This document shows, in pieces, positions 63,857 through 64,000 of a DNA stretch of 64,000 bases (positions are counted from its first letter, which is position 1; every line of letters starts with the position of its first letter). The position numbers and the translations under genes were made by a program. The notes beneath the pieces were generated by a model. The model searched no databases and was not told the DNA's origin. It saw only the letters and a list, made by a program, of their open reading frames with translations. Origin of the DNA: Bugula neritina (taxonomy: Eukaryota > Animalia > Bryozoa); NCBI GenBank assembly GCA_964035545.1, contig OZ037767.1, forward strand, positions 13,191,801-13,255,800. The letters run 5' to 3'.

Positions 63857-64000
63857 GGTAAAAATGGCACAGGTAATAATGGCACAAATGGTAAAGTAGG
63901 TAAAATGGTACATTTTCAGTATTAGGGTTTGGGTTGGATGTTTGGGATGGGGGTTTAAGTTTGAGAATGGGGGCTTGGGGTTGGGGTTTAAAGGTTGAGG
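63857..64000. repeat. Start of a probable non-autonomous interspersed element with short direct repeats and a G-rich GGGTT tract (truncated by window)
   Basis: ggtaaaaatggcaca / ggtaataatggcaca / ggtaaaatggtaca repeats followed by tagggtttgggttgg...ggggttggggttt. Confidence 0.5.

Overview
AT-rich, intron-containing genomic DNA from an invertebrate animal; the species cannot be determined from the sequence. I assembled six spliced genes by hand from GT-AG sites and checked intron phases. (1) MNS1 (+, 729-5995, 9 coding exons, ~498 aa). (2) A catalytically intact arginase with a likely mitochondrial presequence (+, 10209-15601, 8 exons, ~346 aa). (3) A small C3HC4 RING/coiled-coil protein (-, ~18890-16497). 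(4) An uncharacterised ~1836-aa single-pass membrane protein with ~90 copies of an acidic 7-aa VPVLSEE-type repeat (-, 29024-21981). (5) An uncharacterised ~263-aa protein with a weak Nsl1/Mis14-like motif (+, ~36682-39712), head-to-head with gene 4. (6) The 3' part (>4,100 codons in the window) of a giant AHNAK-like repeat protein (-, >63763 to ~44268/40670). Gene 6 has two giant exons of 77-81-aa repeats, an array of tandemly duplicated, frame-coupled exon pairs (Ser/RS cassette + 25-aa-repeat cassette) and alternative 3' exons. Non-coding features include a tRNA-derived SINE family (six copies, three with target-site duplications, one of these nested in another copy), microsatellites, splice-site-anchored minisatellites and a 47-bp palindrome. 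There are no prokaryote-type systems such as CRISPR or operons. The AHNAK-like exon-pair array and the membrane-anchored heptad-repeat protein are the most unusual features.
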